In this document: one piece after another, positions 47,804 to 59,615 of the stretch | Position numbering within the stretch: the stretch's first letter is position 1 | Layout: each line of letters begins with the position of its first letter | NCBI GenBank assembly: GCA_001179505.1 | Contig: CDMY01000447.1 | Location: forward strand, 315,066 to 379,065 | Direction: 5' to 3' | DNA from: Vitrella brassicaformis CCMP3155 | Taxonomy: Eukaryota; Protista; Chromerida | DNA: 64,000 bases | Notes under the pieces: model-generated | The model's database searches: none | What the model saw: the letters and a program-made list of their open reading frames with translations, nothing else | Told to the model about the DNA's origin: nothing | Program-made: the position numbers and the translations under genes

Positions 47804-50140
47804 ATGGCGCTGTTTCGTTACTGTCCTTACGACGGCAGAAAGTTCTTCCAGGAGGAGGTCGTTTGTCCTCTCTGCAAAGAGCCGCGCTTCCCGGTGAGCA
47901 AAGCATGCACCGACCTGTGTGGCAGCAGACAGAGATTCGTCCTCGTTGCTCACTCATGCATGAGCCGACATGGCATGCAGTGAGCGAGTCCTTTTTTCTC
48001 TCTGTTTGGGTTGCTTGCTACAGCTGTCGCACACGTGGCGTTTTCAGAGGGAGAGGAGTCAGGACGGCCAGCGAGTGCCGTGGCGCAAGATCCTCTACGA
48101 GCGGCAGCCCTATGATGACACACACGTCGACATCACATTCCTCGACTCACTCATTACCAATGGTGCGCATGGGACACCTGCCTGACCAGACAGACGGCTG
48201 CCATGGGATGGATGTTTGATGCGACTGTGTGCGTGTGTGTATGCGTGTGTATGTGTGTGTGTGTGCAGCAACGGTTGGCGAGTATCGGTACTGGACGTTG
48301 TGTTGCTGGTCTGTCGACCTCACGCAGCCGCTGAGCTGTCTGACGCTCTTCCTGGCTTTGTATGTGTTGCTGCGCAAGGGGATGGTTGACGTGCGGTGGC
48401 TCGTCGGCCTCGACATGGGCTTGCTCGCTGGCGGGTAGGTGGATGGGTGGGGTGAATGGAATGGGTGAGCCAGGCGGGCGGGTAGCTTGACTACCCAGAC
48501 GATTGCAACACTAACCACTGCGTGTGTTCGTGTGTCAGGTATGTTGTCTGCGTGCTGCTTCGCCGCAACAAAGAGCCGCAAGGTATCTATCCACCGTGGA
48601 TGGGAGAGGAGAGGGGCTGGAGGGATGTGTCTGTCTGATGGTGCATTGCATTGGTCTGGGTGCTGTAATTACGTGCAGGCGGCACATGGAGAGCCCTCAG
48701 GAGTGCCGTGAATATCGTGGGATTCCTCTGGGTCAGTCAGTCGAACAAGCTAGGGCCACCGATGATGATTCAAGCCTTGATGATTCCTTGCTTGTTCTGC
48801 TCGGTCGGCCACAGATGCTGTCACCGGTGCTGCAGACGCTCACTCAGACCTACAGCAGCGACACCCTCTACACACTCACCACCAGTAAGTAGACCAGCCA
48901 ACATCGATTGCGCCGGACGGACCACATAAGCGTCGATTGATTGCCTCTGGTGTGCTACGCTACGCTACCTGTTGACTGTCTTCAGTGTTTCTGTTGCTCC
49001 ATTTGGCTTTCTACGACTACCACTTCGTGTACGGAAGCAACAAGCCCAACAGGCGACCAGCCGTGAGAGAGGATGGGAGCACTCACTTGTGTGCAGTGCA
49101 GGGCAGTGCAGTGGAGTCTGCAGATATCTGTTGGTTGTATGGGTGTGTGTTTTGTGGCTGGGTCTGGTCTGCAGGTGCCAGGGGTGCGCCCGTCGCCCAG
49201 ACCGCCCAGCCCGTTTGGCTTAAATGCAGCCATGTTCGCTGCGGTAGGTACGATGATGTTAGTAAGACAGGCAGGCAGGCAGGCCACGATATGCCCCTCA
49301 TGGTCTGTGTCTATCCTGCCTATGGTCCCATACGGACGGACGGCGCAGGTGTTGCTCGCCTCTCGACTGAACACGTCCGCAGAGGTCAGTCAATTACGTG
49401 TCAGTCAGTGCAAACGCTGAAAGGTGCTGCACCCACCATTTATCCCTATGTGGCTTCCCTTCCTCCCCCACAGGTGTTTTCGGTTGTCTTGTTCGCAATA
49501 GAGTGAGTGAGTGAGTGAGTGAATGGGCGGCTGGGCTGGGTGTGTGGGCGGGCGAGTCGGTAACACTCACTGCAATGCGCACATGTGTGATGCGCAGGAT
49601 GTTCGGCCTTAGTCTCATTCTCCGCAGAGATATCAGGGTGTGTGGGTCACTACAGTACACCACACCACACACAGACGTCCCGTTGCTGGCAGGGCAGGCA
49701 GCAGCCCTCTTCCTCCGATGTCCCCTGTCTGTCTGTTTGTTGTGCTGTGTGTCCTGTCCAGGATTCGTGTGAGTGGGCGTACACGTTCGTGCTGACTCCC
49801 CTGCTGGTGGCCACGGCCTACTGGCTGCTGAAGCTCGTGTCCATACACATGGCATTCTTCTACCTAACCTGGTTGGTGGGTAATGTATGTACCAGCAGAC
49901 AGACACCTAAGCGGTCCCTTGTTCTGCCACTGGCTGCAGCATATTGCTGATAACATTTGTCGGTCCCTACTGCTTCATCCACTCGCAGCGATACAAAAGG
50001 TACGCTGGCACACGAAAAGGGCGGGCACCTCCCTCCACAGCCCAATAAGTCGGGTCACTGTGTGGCTGCGTGTGTGGTGTGCGCACTGTAGTGAGATCAA
50101 GGGTCCGTGGGACATCGCTGAGGTTCCTTCCTACAGCTAA
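47804..50140 (+). CDS. PIGC: GPI-GlcNAc transferase subunit PIG-C/GPI2 with N-terminal zinc-ribbon-like exon
   Basis: PWRKILYERQPYDDTHVD..FL, MLSPVLQTLTQTYSSDT, LNAAMFAAVG, multiple TM exons, YKSEIKGPWD at the C-terminus. Exon 1 MALFRYCPYDGRKFFQEEVVCPLCKEPRFP joins in phase 0. Confidence 0.9.
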
Positions 50141-51068
50141 TTAAGCAGATGGCGCTTTGTAGCAGTGCAGGCAGTGTTGAGTGTTCGCAAGGACCGACCA
50201 ATCCCCATGGCCCCACTTGGGACCTGCGCGATCGCCATCCCTTGAGGCTCCTTCCTCCCCCCTTTTCCTCTCCCTTTTGCACGCGGAAAGCGACACGAAC
50301 GAAGCATGTGGCGAGATTTTCGCGCGACGAGACGCAGACAACCCTGTCACTGACATCGGAGTGTGTCGACGACCGACTGTAAGTGAGTGGCCGACCGACC
50401 CGTGTGTGTGGACAGAGTGTGTATCCATCCATCCATCCAGTTATCGATTCGACTTGATGCTGCAGGCTGTGTGTGCATATATAGTAGAGAGAAGAAGGAC
50501 ACGAGTGGAGGCCGGCAGGCAATCCCGACTCTGACTGACTTGATGACATGTGCCATAGCTATGCCTATCTATGATCGATCGGGTGAATGAATGGTGCCCG
50601 TCTGTCTGTCTGTCTGTGTATCTATCTCCCTCCCTGTCTGGTTTTGTTGTGAGATCTGCCCTGCCAGTGCGGATGGCTTCCATCCAGCTGGCCCGATTGA
50701 TGCATGCATGCATTCATTCATTCATTCTAGTGGGTGGGCTGGGCAGGCTCTGCTCTTGACTTCCTTGAAACCATCAATCAATTCAGAAACCACATGCACA
50801 CAACACACGCACCGCACCGCACGCAGCAAACACTCACGTCACGGACCATGACATGTCTGAAGGTATCCATTCCTGGACGTCATGAACGAACGGGTGCGTC
50901 CCCATCGCACGCCACGCACATCACAGGCACACGGAAGGAAACCGTCCACCAATCCCACCTCACGCACACACACGCGCACGCGCATGAGCCAGCCGGTCGC
51001 GTCACTCACTCACACGCACGCAGGTGTCCGTCCGTCCCCCTGAGCTCTCGTCAGGTCGTTCACTTCAT

Positions 51069-52758
51069 TCAGTAGGCGGGTTGTTCCTTTGGCAGGACGA
51101 CGTCTTTGCCGGAGGTCATGACGAGGAAGTCGGACCATTCCTGGTAGGGCGACTTGGCGTACGGGTGATCCTTCCACAGGTCCGGCGTCAAGTACCCGCT
51201 GGTCTTGCTCAACGCGTCGAAACACGCCTGAACGAACAACAAACAAACAAACGAAGGGTAACAAACATCCATCGCCCCCCACAGTAACCCATTTTCACAT
51301 CCGTCCACTCCACCGACGGATCGGATCAACCAACATGTGGATATCTAAGATGTGTGATATCTATCTCCCTTACCTTCATGAAGTTGCCTCGTGTCTTGGA
51401 GTGGCCGGATGTGCACGAGAAGCAGTCCTCGACACCCGCATACTGCATACCATCGCATCGCATCCAGGTACACACAGATGTGGGTGAGGGAGACACACAC
51501 ACGCATCCACACACGCTCTCGTAAGACAAAGAAAGCCCCCTCCCTAGCTTGCTTGACTCTCTGTGCGGCGCAGCGCACCTGTAGGAGTTTCTTGGTGGTG
51601 GGTGCCCCGACGATGGCGGTGCCGCGGGGTGCGGGGATCAGCCGCACGCGCACCGAACCGCACTTGCCGTGCACCTTCATCGGCACCGTGTGGGGCTGAC
51701 CGATGCGATTGCCCCAGTACCCACGGCTGAATGAACCGAACCAGACAGATAGACCACAAACAAAGGACGGGACCAAGAGACGTTCATTGATTTGATTTGA
51801 TTTGATGCGGTGTGTGGGTTGTGGGTGGGTACCTACCGGACAGGGATGAGGTTGAGCTTGGCGGCGACGATGGCCCCACGGATGGCCGTGGCAACCTCCT
51901 TGGCGCACTTGACACCCAAACCCACATGACCGTTGTTGTCACCTTCACACATACAGACAGCACAGGCACGATTGCAATCGTGTGGCCGTTCGTCCATTCC
52001 ATGACACGTCAGCTCACGTCACCGAACATTCGTTGGTGTGTGCTGTTGTGTGCGTGCGGTGCGTACCGACAGCAACGAATGCCTTGAAGCGGGTGCGCTG
52101 TCCGGCTCGGGTCTGCTTCTGCACGGGCATGATCTTCATCACGTCATCCTTCAACGTACCAGGCGCGAAAAAACGGTCGATGATCTGACACACACACGGA
52201 CACACAGAACAGACAGAGTGTATTCCGACCGACCCAGCAGATGACTGACTCGTGAGGGCGTGTGTGACTTGACTTGACTGACCTGGTATTCCTTGATGGG
52301 CAGTGAGTGAAGGTAGATCTCCTCGATGGACTGGATCTTGTTGTCCCGTACCAGCCGGCCCAGCTTGGTTACGGGCGTCCAGATCTCCTTGTCCTCACCG
52401 CCGCGACCACGACCACGACCCCTGAGAATGAACCAACCCACGAAGCAGCGGCACACACACAGACACACAACACACAACACACAACACAACCACAGTCCTT
52501 CCCTCCAAGTCCCCCACCCCACCCCTGCTAATCCCCCTATGGCTGTCAGCTGACTAACCTGCCTCGCCCGCGTCCACGCCCGCGGTCTCCACCCCGGCCG
52601 AAGCCACGGCCAAAGCCGCCACGTTCTGACGCCACAACACAACAACCGGGAGAGAACCAACCAGTCAGACGCGGCGCTTCCCTCTGGGTGGTGTGGTTTG
52701 TCGCGGATCTTTCTTTCCCTCTGTCTGTAAGTGCCTGTGTGGCCCTCTCACCTGCCAT
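51069..52758 (-). CDS. RPS2: 40S ribosomal protein S2 (uS5)
   Basis: RGG-rich N-terminus, [67 protein letters not shown]; first coding exon is 7 nt (ATGGCAG). Confidence 0.98.
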
Positions 52759-52946
52759 GCTTGCCAAAGGCGCGTTAGAGACCCTCGGGAGCCAATGCGA
52801 GCTGAAACTGGCGATCCCTTCAACTGCGAGCTTAGCTGCTGAGGCCGCCACATATATGGCGACAACGAGGCAGGAAGAATGACCAATGATGAGTTCGCAA
52901 GATGGAGCTCTACCAGCTTGATGATGGAGCTTGATGCAGCAGCCTG

Positions 52947-55828
52947 ATGCCCGCTTCACGGCAGTGCCGCACGGAAGATCCGCCTTGTAGATCATTTTCA
53001 ACGCAGGCTCATTCCCTCTCTTTCCGGCTTCTGTTGACAGCCTTATCCTCTCTTGCGGCGGCCCTTCTGTCCACCTGCATCATACCTGCCGCTGCTGAGT
53101 CGTCCGCCGAGCTGCCGCTGTCCATGTTTGGCGGACGAGGTGATCTTCTTGAGAGGCGAGCGCATCAGCAATGGTCAGCCAATGAGGATGACGAGTGTTA
53201 CTCGTGGAGGAGGAGACCGCGGCGGCGAGGGCGAGTGCAGCGTCCTCCCTACCCCTCTGCCCTTCCTGCGTTCCTCTCCTCCCCCCGTGCATTCAGCCTT
53301 GTCCGCCCAGCACGGCCACGACAGCGACCACGGCCACTCATCCGAATCAAATGGCAACAGGTCGGCCCCTTCACCCTTCTCGTCCTCCCTCCTGATGACC
53401 AACAACAGGCGACAATCGTGGGTGCGAATGCCGACGACCCGGCCGTTCCTGCCGACTTTGTCCGTCCGGAGAACTGGACCCGCTACCAGCGATACAAGAG
53501 CAAGCGGACCAACATGTCACCAGAGGGGCGGGCGAGGTGTGCGGAGGGCGCGCGGAAGGCCCACGCGATAATGCGTCAACGGGGTCATCCGCACAAGGGC
53601 AGGAGGCACTCGGAGGAGACCAAGCGGAAGATGAGCATATCCTCCAAGGGGGCTGTGCCGTGGAACAAGGGCATCTCCTACAAGGAGAGGGACGCACACA
53701 AACCGCCGGAGAACAGAACCAACGAGCGCATACGAGCTAAGTGAGTCAGTGAGTGGGCGTCAATCGTCACACACACACCTGACTGAAAACATGAGCGCAC
53801 ACCACACTACACCCACTGTGCAGTGCAGAAGGAGCTGTGTCTGTCTGTCCGTCCGTCCGTCCGTCAGGTTGCTAGCGAGCCACCGTGCCAGGGACGAGGC
53901 CAAGGCCGCGTCGCTCAACATGACCTACGACGAGTACAAGCAGCACAAGGTGGACAAGCAGCGGGAGTACAAGCGCATCAGGGGCAGGCTGCACAGGGCC
54001 CGCAAGCTGTTGGCGGAGCGGGACAAGCTGGGCCTGCCCCCGGTGGATGAGGGGGAGCTGGACGAGCTGCTCACCAACATGGGCCTGATGGACCTCAAAG
54101 CTGAGGTGCTACAGTACCAACGCACTCAGACGACCGCCACGGTCAGCCAGCGGTGGGACAGTACAGTGGACCACACACACACACACGTCTGTGTGTGTGT
54201 GTGTGCGTGTGTGTGTGTGGCGTGTTGTGTTTATTTATCAGCGTAAGGGCTACTCTGATGAGGCCCGTGTGCGTATGAGTGCCAAGATGAAGGCGCGGTG
54301 GGCGGACCCAGAGTACAAGGAAACCGTATCGCAGAGAATCCTACAGGCAAGTCAAGTCAGTCGCCACACCAAACTCACATACACCACAACCAGAACAAGG
54401 GGAGTCGATTCGATGTGATGTGTGTGTATGCTGGCTGTGTGTGTACCTGGCCTGCCCGGGTCGGTATGTGGGTGCAGGGTGCGCAGCGGACAGCCAACAG
54501 GGAGCTCTGCAGTGTCAAGAAGAAAGAACTGGTGAGTGAGTAAGTGGAGAGACAGGCTGGCTGGCATACGCACCCACACCAACCAACCAACCAACGAACG
54601 AACCAAGAACACCCACCCTTATGTCACTTCCCGTCTGTCTGTCTGTCTGTTCCTTCTCAGTGGGCAGACGAGCAGTACAGGTGCGTTGCGTTGCGTGCGG
54701 CCGCCAATGCATTGCCTCCACCCATCACATCCCCTCCCCTCCCTCCCTCCACTCACTCACCCAATGGGTGCCTGGCATGGCCTGGCATGCTGCTGTGTCT
54801 GCTAATTCACCTCACAGGTCCCAGATGAATCAGCAGCGAGCGGAGCGTTTCGCCGACCCCGCCTACCGTGAGTGGTGGAGCCGCCGGGTGCGGGCCACCT
54901 GGAGCGACCCCGTCAAGCGCGCAAACATCCTGGCGAGGCAGCGGGCCCGCATGGACCAGTGGTACGCCGACCACGGCATGGACGCCGACGTCATGAAGGG
55001 CATCCCCTACAACATCAGGAGACAGATCTACAAACAGGTCGGGGCGGTGCGGTGCAGCAGAGCAGAGGTGGTCACACACGTCAGACGGGATGGATGGATG
55101 GACAACTGTGTGTGTGTGTGTGTGTGTGTTTAGTTGGGAGTGAACAGCGGCTTTGTGAGTCGGTCTGCGGACGAGAGGGAGGCCATGGTTCGCAAGATCA
55201 AGGCCCTCTTCGCAAATCCGCACTTCCTCGCAAAGGTCTGCTCTTCTTGGACACAAACTTGACAGTGGCCGTGATGCGATGTGTCAACACGCCTTTCTCT
55301 CTCGCTGTCTGTCTGTCTCTCTGTCTCTCTGTGTGTGTCCTGCATGTATGTCTAGGCTAAGGTGAGGCGTCGTTCGCCGTCGGCCGGGACGCGCCGGAAG
55401 AAGGAGGACGAGGAGAAGGAGGTGAGTTGTCGACAGACACCACGACCCGCACACAAAAGGGCCTGCCTTTTATCGTGTGTGGCTGTATGTGTTTGTCTGG
55501 TGCCGTCGGTGCAGCGCCAAGAGGCCTACTGGTCACGGGTGTACGGGGCCATCATTTACGAGGCACAGCAGGTGCGCCACCTGACCTGCATGAGATCGAT
55601 CAACACAACACCGCCATACAGTACACACATGCATGCTGTCCTGTCTGTCTGCCTGCCCCACTCCCACAGAAGGAGGCCAACGGCCATGGCGTCGGTGTAG
55701 TCTACGCGGATCTGCTCTCTGTCAATGAGGCCGGTGCTGGTGCCAGAGACAGCGCTCGCGGTGGGGCTGCGGGTGAGGGGAAGGGCGAGCCTCTCGTGGT
55801 CCGATATCAGCCAAAGCCGAGACGGTGA
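52947..55828 (+). CDS. NUMOD3 (nuclease-associated modular DNA-binding domain 3) protein, predicted plastid-targeted
   Basis: HKGRRHSEETKRKMSISSKGAVPWNKG (53592-53672); second motif RKGYSDEARVRMSAKMKARWADPEY; further FADPAYREWW/WSDP repeats; hydrophobic leader LLLTALSSLAAALLSTCIIPAAA. No nuclease domain seen. Confidence 0.78.
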
Positions 55829-56761
55829 ATGACTGAATGAATGAATGAGTCAGGCAGGCAAGGGTCTGTCTGGGGAGGGAGGGAGGGAGGGTGGTTGGGG
55901 AGGTCGGTTGATGGATGGACTAACGTGTGTGTTTGGTTGGTAAATACAGTAGGGAGGGAGGGAGGGAGGGAGGGAGAGGGAAGGTGTGCAGTGCAATGCA
56001 ATGCAGTCAACGATCCGATCCACACACGTGGGTGGACTGCAGTGACTGCAGTGAGGGAGTGCATTGGAGAGGTGTTCGCAATGCACGGTGCTTCCTCACA
56101 GAGCACTCTTGTGTCATGGCATGGGCCGGGGGAGTGATTGACTGATCTGCAGGTGTCATCAGAATCGTCACGTCAGTCGGTCACAGCCGTCGGTATCCAC
56201 ACCACACCACACCACACCCACCACACATGGAACAAACAAGGGTCTTGTTTGTAGGCCGCCCAAAACTGACTGACTGACAGGCACATCGATGCTCACACGC
56301 ACACACACACACACAGCAGCTGACTGTTGTCATGCTCACGCTACGGTCACGCTCACGCCCATGCACACCACACACGAAGCAATCAACAAACTCATGCAGA
56401 CAGACAGACAGACAGACATGGCACAGCGGGGAGCCTTGCCTTGCCTTTCCTTGCCTGCCAGTCGGCCAGGCAGACACACGCTGGACGCCCGACTGCCTGG
56501 CCCACTGGCTGCAGCACGCATCACTCGATCCTCAATAGACACGTCAGTCACGTGTGCCTCGATGGGCGGATGGATGGTCTCACTCACAGGCGGACACATC
56601 GATATCTATCAGACACACCCAGACAGTGGCAGACAGACAGACAGGCTGCCAGCCAGCAATCTTCCAGTCAGCTCCATGATCCGCCTTCAGGCTTAAAGCG
56701 AGCCGCGCACACAACCAAACGAAGAACCAGGGTGGCCGGGCGGGTCGGCCAGCAGCCAGTG

Positions 56762-59312
56762 TCATGATGCTGCGCCCTTGCTGATGCGCTGTTAGCCACA
56801 TTCACGCACACACACACGCACACACACACACACACACATGGAGAGAGAAGGAAAAGTGTGAGGATCCTCTGTTGTCAGAGTGAGTGAGTGGGTGTGTGTG
56901 CATACCTCTTGCCACCAGGGCTGCTCCTTGGCACCTCCCCGCCGACCCTTCTCGTTCTCCTGCTCCAAACTGAGAGACAGAGGAGAGGGAGGGACGGCAA
57001 AGACACACAACCGGTTGCTGGGCCTCCCCCCCTCTCTCTCTCTGTGTCTGTGTGTGTGTGTGTGTGTGTGGGTATGGCGCTTTACGTGTCGAATTGCTGG
57101 ATAAGTTCTCTCTGTGTGGTGTTGAGTTTGCCGGGCATCTGGAGGTAGAAGTGGAGAATCAAGTGACCGTAACCGCGACCATCAGTGCGACGGGGGCCCT
57201 GCCACAAACACACACACACACACAGACACACACAGACACACACACAGACACAGCGAGAGAAATGAAGGTGATGTCTTCGGTTGGTGATCTGCCCACCTTA
57301 CCTTTCCCTTGAGGATTTTGACGGTATCGGGTGAGGTGCCTGGTGGCACGGTGAGTTTGATGGGCTCCTGCAGGGTGGGCACCTCCACCTCACCACCGAG
57401 GAACGACTAACACACACACCGACCGACCGACCGACCGACCGACAGACAGAGAGGGAGAGAATCCGGCAGATGCATCCGTCGTGCAGGCACAGAAGCACAG
57501 CCACCCCATCCGCACTAACTAACCTGTTTGAGTGAGATGGGCACGTTGACGTGAATGTCATCGTCGAGCCACCGGAACAGGGGATGTGCCCGCACCTTGA
57601 TCGTCACAAACAAGTGGCCGGGCTTGCCGCCGTGCTCACCCGCATGACCCTGGTCATGCCACACAGGCACACAGGCAGGCAGGCAGGCAGGCAGGAGGAC
57701 ACAAGAAACACACACACACACATATGGACACTGACTGAACAGTGATTCACATCACTCCTTCCTACGGCGTTGGGTATCCGCATTTCCATGCCGGATTTGA
57801 CCCCTGCGGGGATGTCAAGGGTGAAGGTCTTGCTCTCCAAGACCGTCCCGCTGCCCTTGCAAGTCCTGCAAACACACACATTGAGACAGACACAGATTCG
57901 ATCCACTCTGGTCTGGCTGGCTGGGTGTGGTGTGTGGTGGTCTCAGTCCGTCCGTGGCTGACTGACTGACTTGCAGGGGTGTTTGATGACCCTGCCGGTG
58001 CCGTTGCAGGTCTGGCATGGGATGCCGATGGTGAGCGGCCCCCTCTCCAGCCGTCGCACCCCCTGCCCGTTGCACGCGCGGCACGTCTCCAGACCCGTAC
58101 CTGGCGCACATCCGGTGCCATTGCACGTGCCGCACTGAGCCTTGGCCTGATATCGGAGCGTCTGATGGACGGACGGACCAAGGGAGAGACAGGGAGGGAA
58201 GGATCACGAGAATGAATGGTTCGGGTGGTGGTTGTCTGTCTGTCTGTCTGTCTGTGACGTCCGCACCTTGTCGCATCCGTTGATGCCCTCCATGAAGTCG
58301 ATGGTCACCTCAGTCTGGATGTCCTCTCCCCTCGACGCTTGAGCGAACCCAGAGAAAGCGCTGCCCATCCTCCCTGACACACACACAGACAGACAGACAG
58401 ACAGACAGACATGTCAGCCCAGCCGAGCCCACACCGCACAAGCAGGTCAGTGCACACCACACGCGTCATGTCATGCTGGCTGTGTGCACACCAAAGATCC
58501 ACACCGACCGACCGAATATGTTGGCGAAGTCAGAGAACATCCAGGAGGGGTCGCCGTGAAAGCCCTCAAAACCCCCCGCACCCGGCGCACCATGACCCGC
58601 CTCGTCAGCCGACATGCCTGGACGCACGGCACGGATCACATGGATGGATCAATCCAATCGCCACACACTCAGCCCTGCCATGCCGTGGTTGTGGTTGTGC
58701 AGGCCTGTTGCAGGCCGTGCTGCCCGCCCGCCCACCTGTCTTGTCGTAGAAATCTCTCTTCTTGGGATCTGACAACATCTCGTAGGCACTGCACACACAC
58801 ACACAGACAGACATACAGGCATCCACTGCGGCAGACACCCGCCCGCCCCTCGTGTACCCCCACCTGGTGATTTCTGCCATTTTCTGCTGAGAGCCCTCGT
58901 CTTTGTTGATGTCGGGGTGGTACTTCTTGGCCAGATGCCTGAATGCCTTCTTGATCTCGTCCGTGCTGGCCCCCCTGCCCACGCCCAGCGTCGCATAGGG
59001 GTCCTTGGCGGTCCCCTGACACACAACACGGCTCATGTGCAGCGCCCTTCCCCTGATGGAAGGATCCATCTGCCGCGGCGACGGCACGGGGATCTGCCGC
59101 CGGCTGGGTGGGATGCCGGGTGGGGATGTGTCGGTGTGGCGCCTGCTGATGCTGGTTGCCCGATGTGGGCTGACGAGGCTGCACAGAGGCCGGTGGTGCT
59201 GCGAGGAGGGGGATGGTGGAAGGCATGAGCATGACTGGGTGAGGAAGTCTGCTGCCTTCTCGTGCTGCCGCGCTGCAAGCCTCGTTAGAGCCGTCGCTGG
59301 CCGGGTGATCAT
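56762..59312 (-). CDS. dnaJ: Type I DnaJ/Hsp40 co-chaperone, predicted mitochondrial (Mdj1/Tid1-like)
   Basis: Basic/hydroxylated presequence [16 protein letters not shown]; J domain KDPYATLGV...KKYHPD; four CxxCxGxG repeats; C-terminal EVPTL...VPPGT...GHLILHF; ends RISKGAAS*. Confidence 0.93.
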
Positions 59313-59615
59313 CGCCTTGGACACCCACACGACTTGGTATCACAAAGCAGTGGCTGAACTCATCTTTGCTGAACTCGTCTAAGCTCGCAATTTGTTAGGG
59401 TGCTCCATGAAACCCTGCGACACATACACCGCTTACACAGAAAAGCCTGCTGACAAACACTCACGACTCCCTGACTTGGCCTCTGACACGATGATATGCG
59501 AGTTGCTGTACAGCTGACGGCTGACTGGCGTCGAAACCGATCACATTGCCTCTAGTCCGAGCTCCGCCTCGAGTCGGTCGAGTGGAGCGCCCTCTCTCGC
59601 CTCGTCTGAGTGAGC

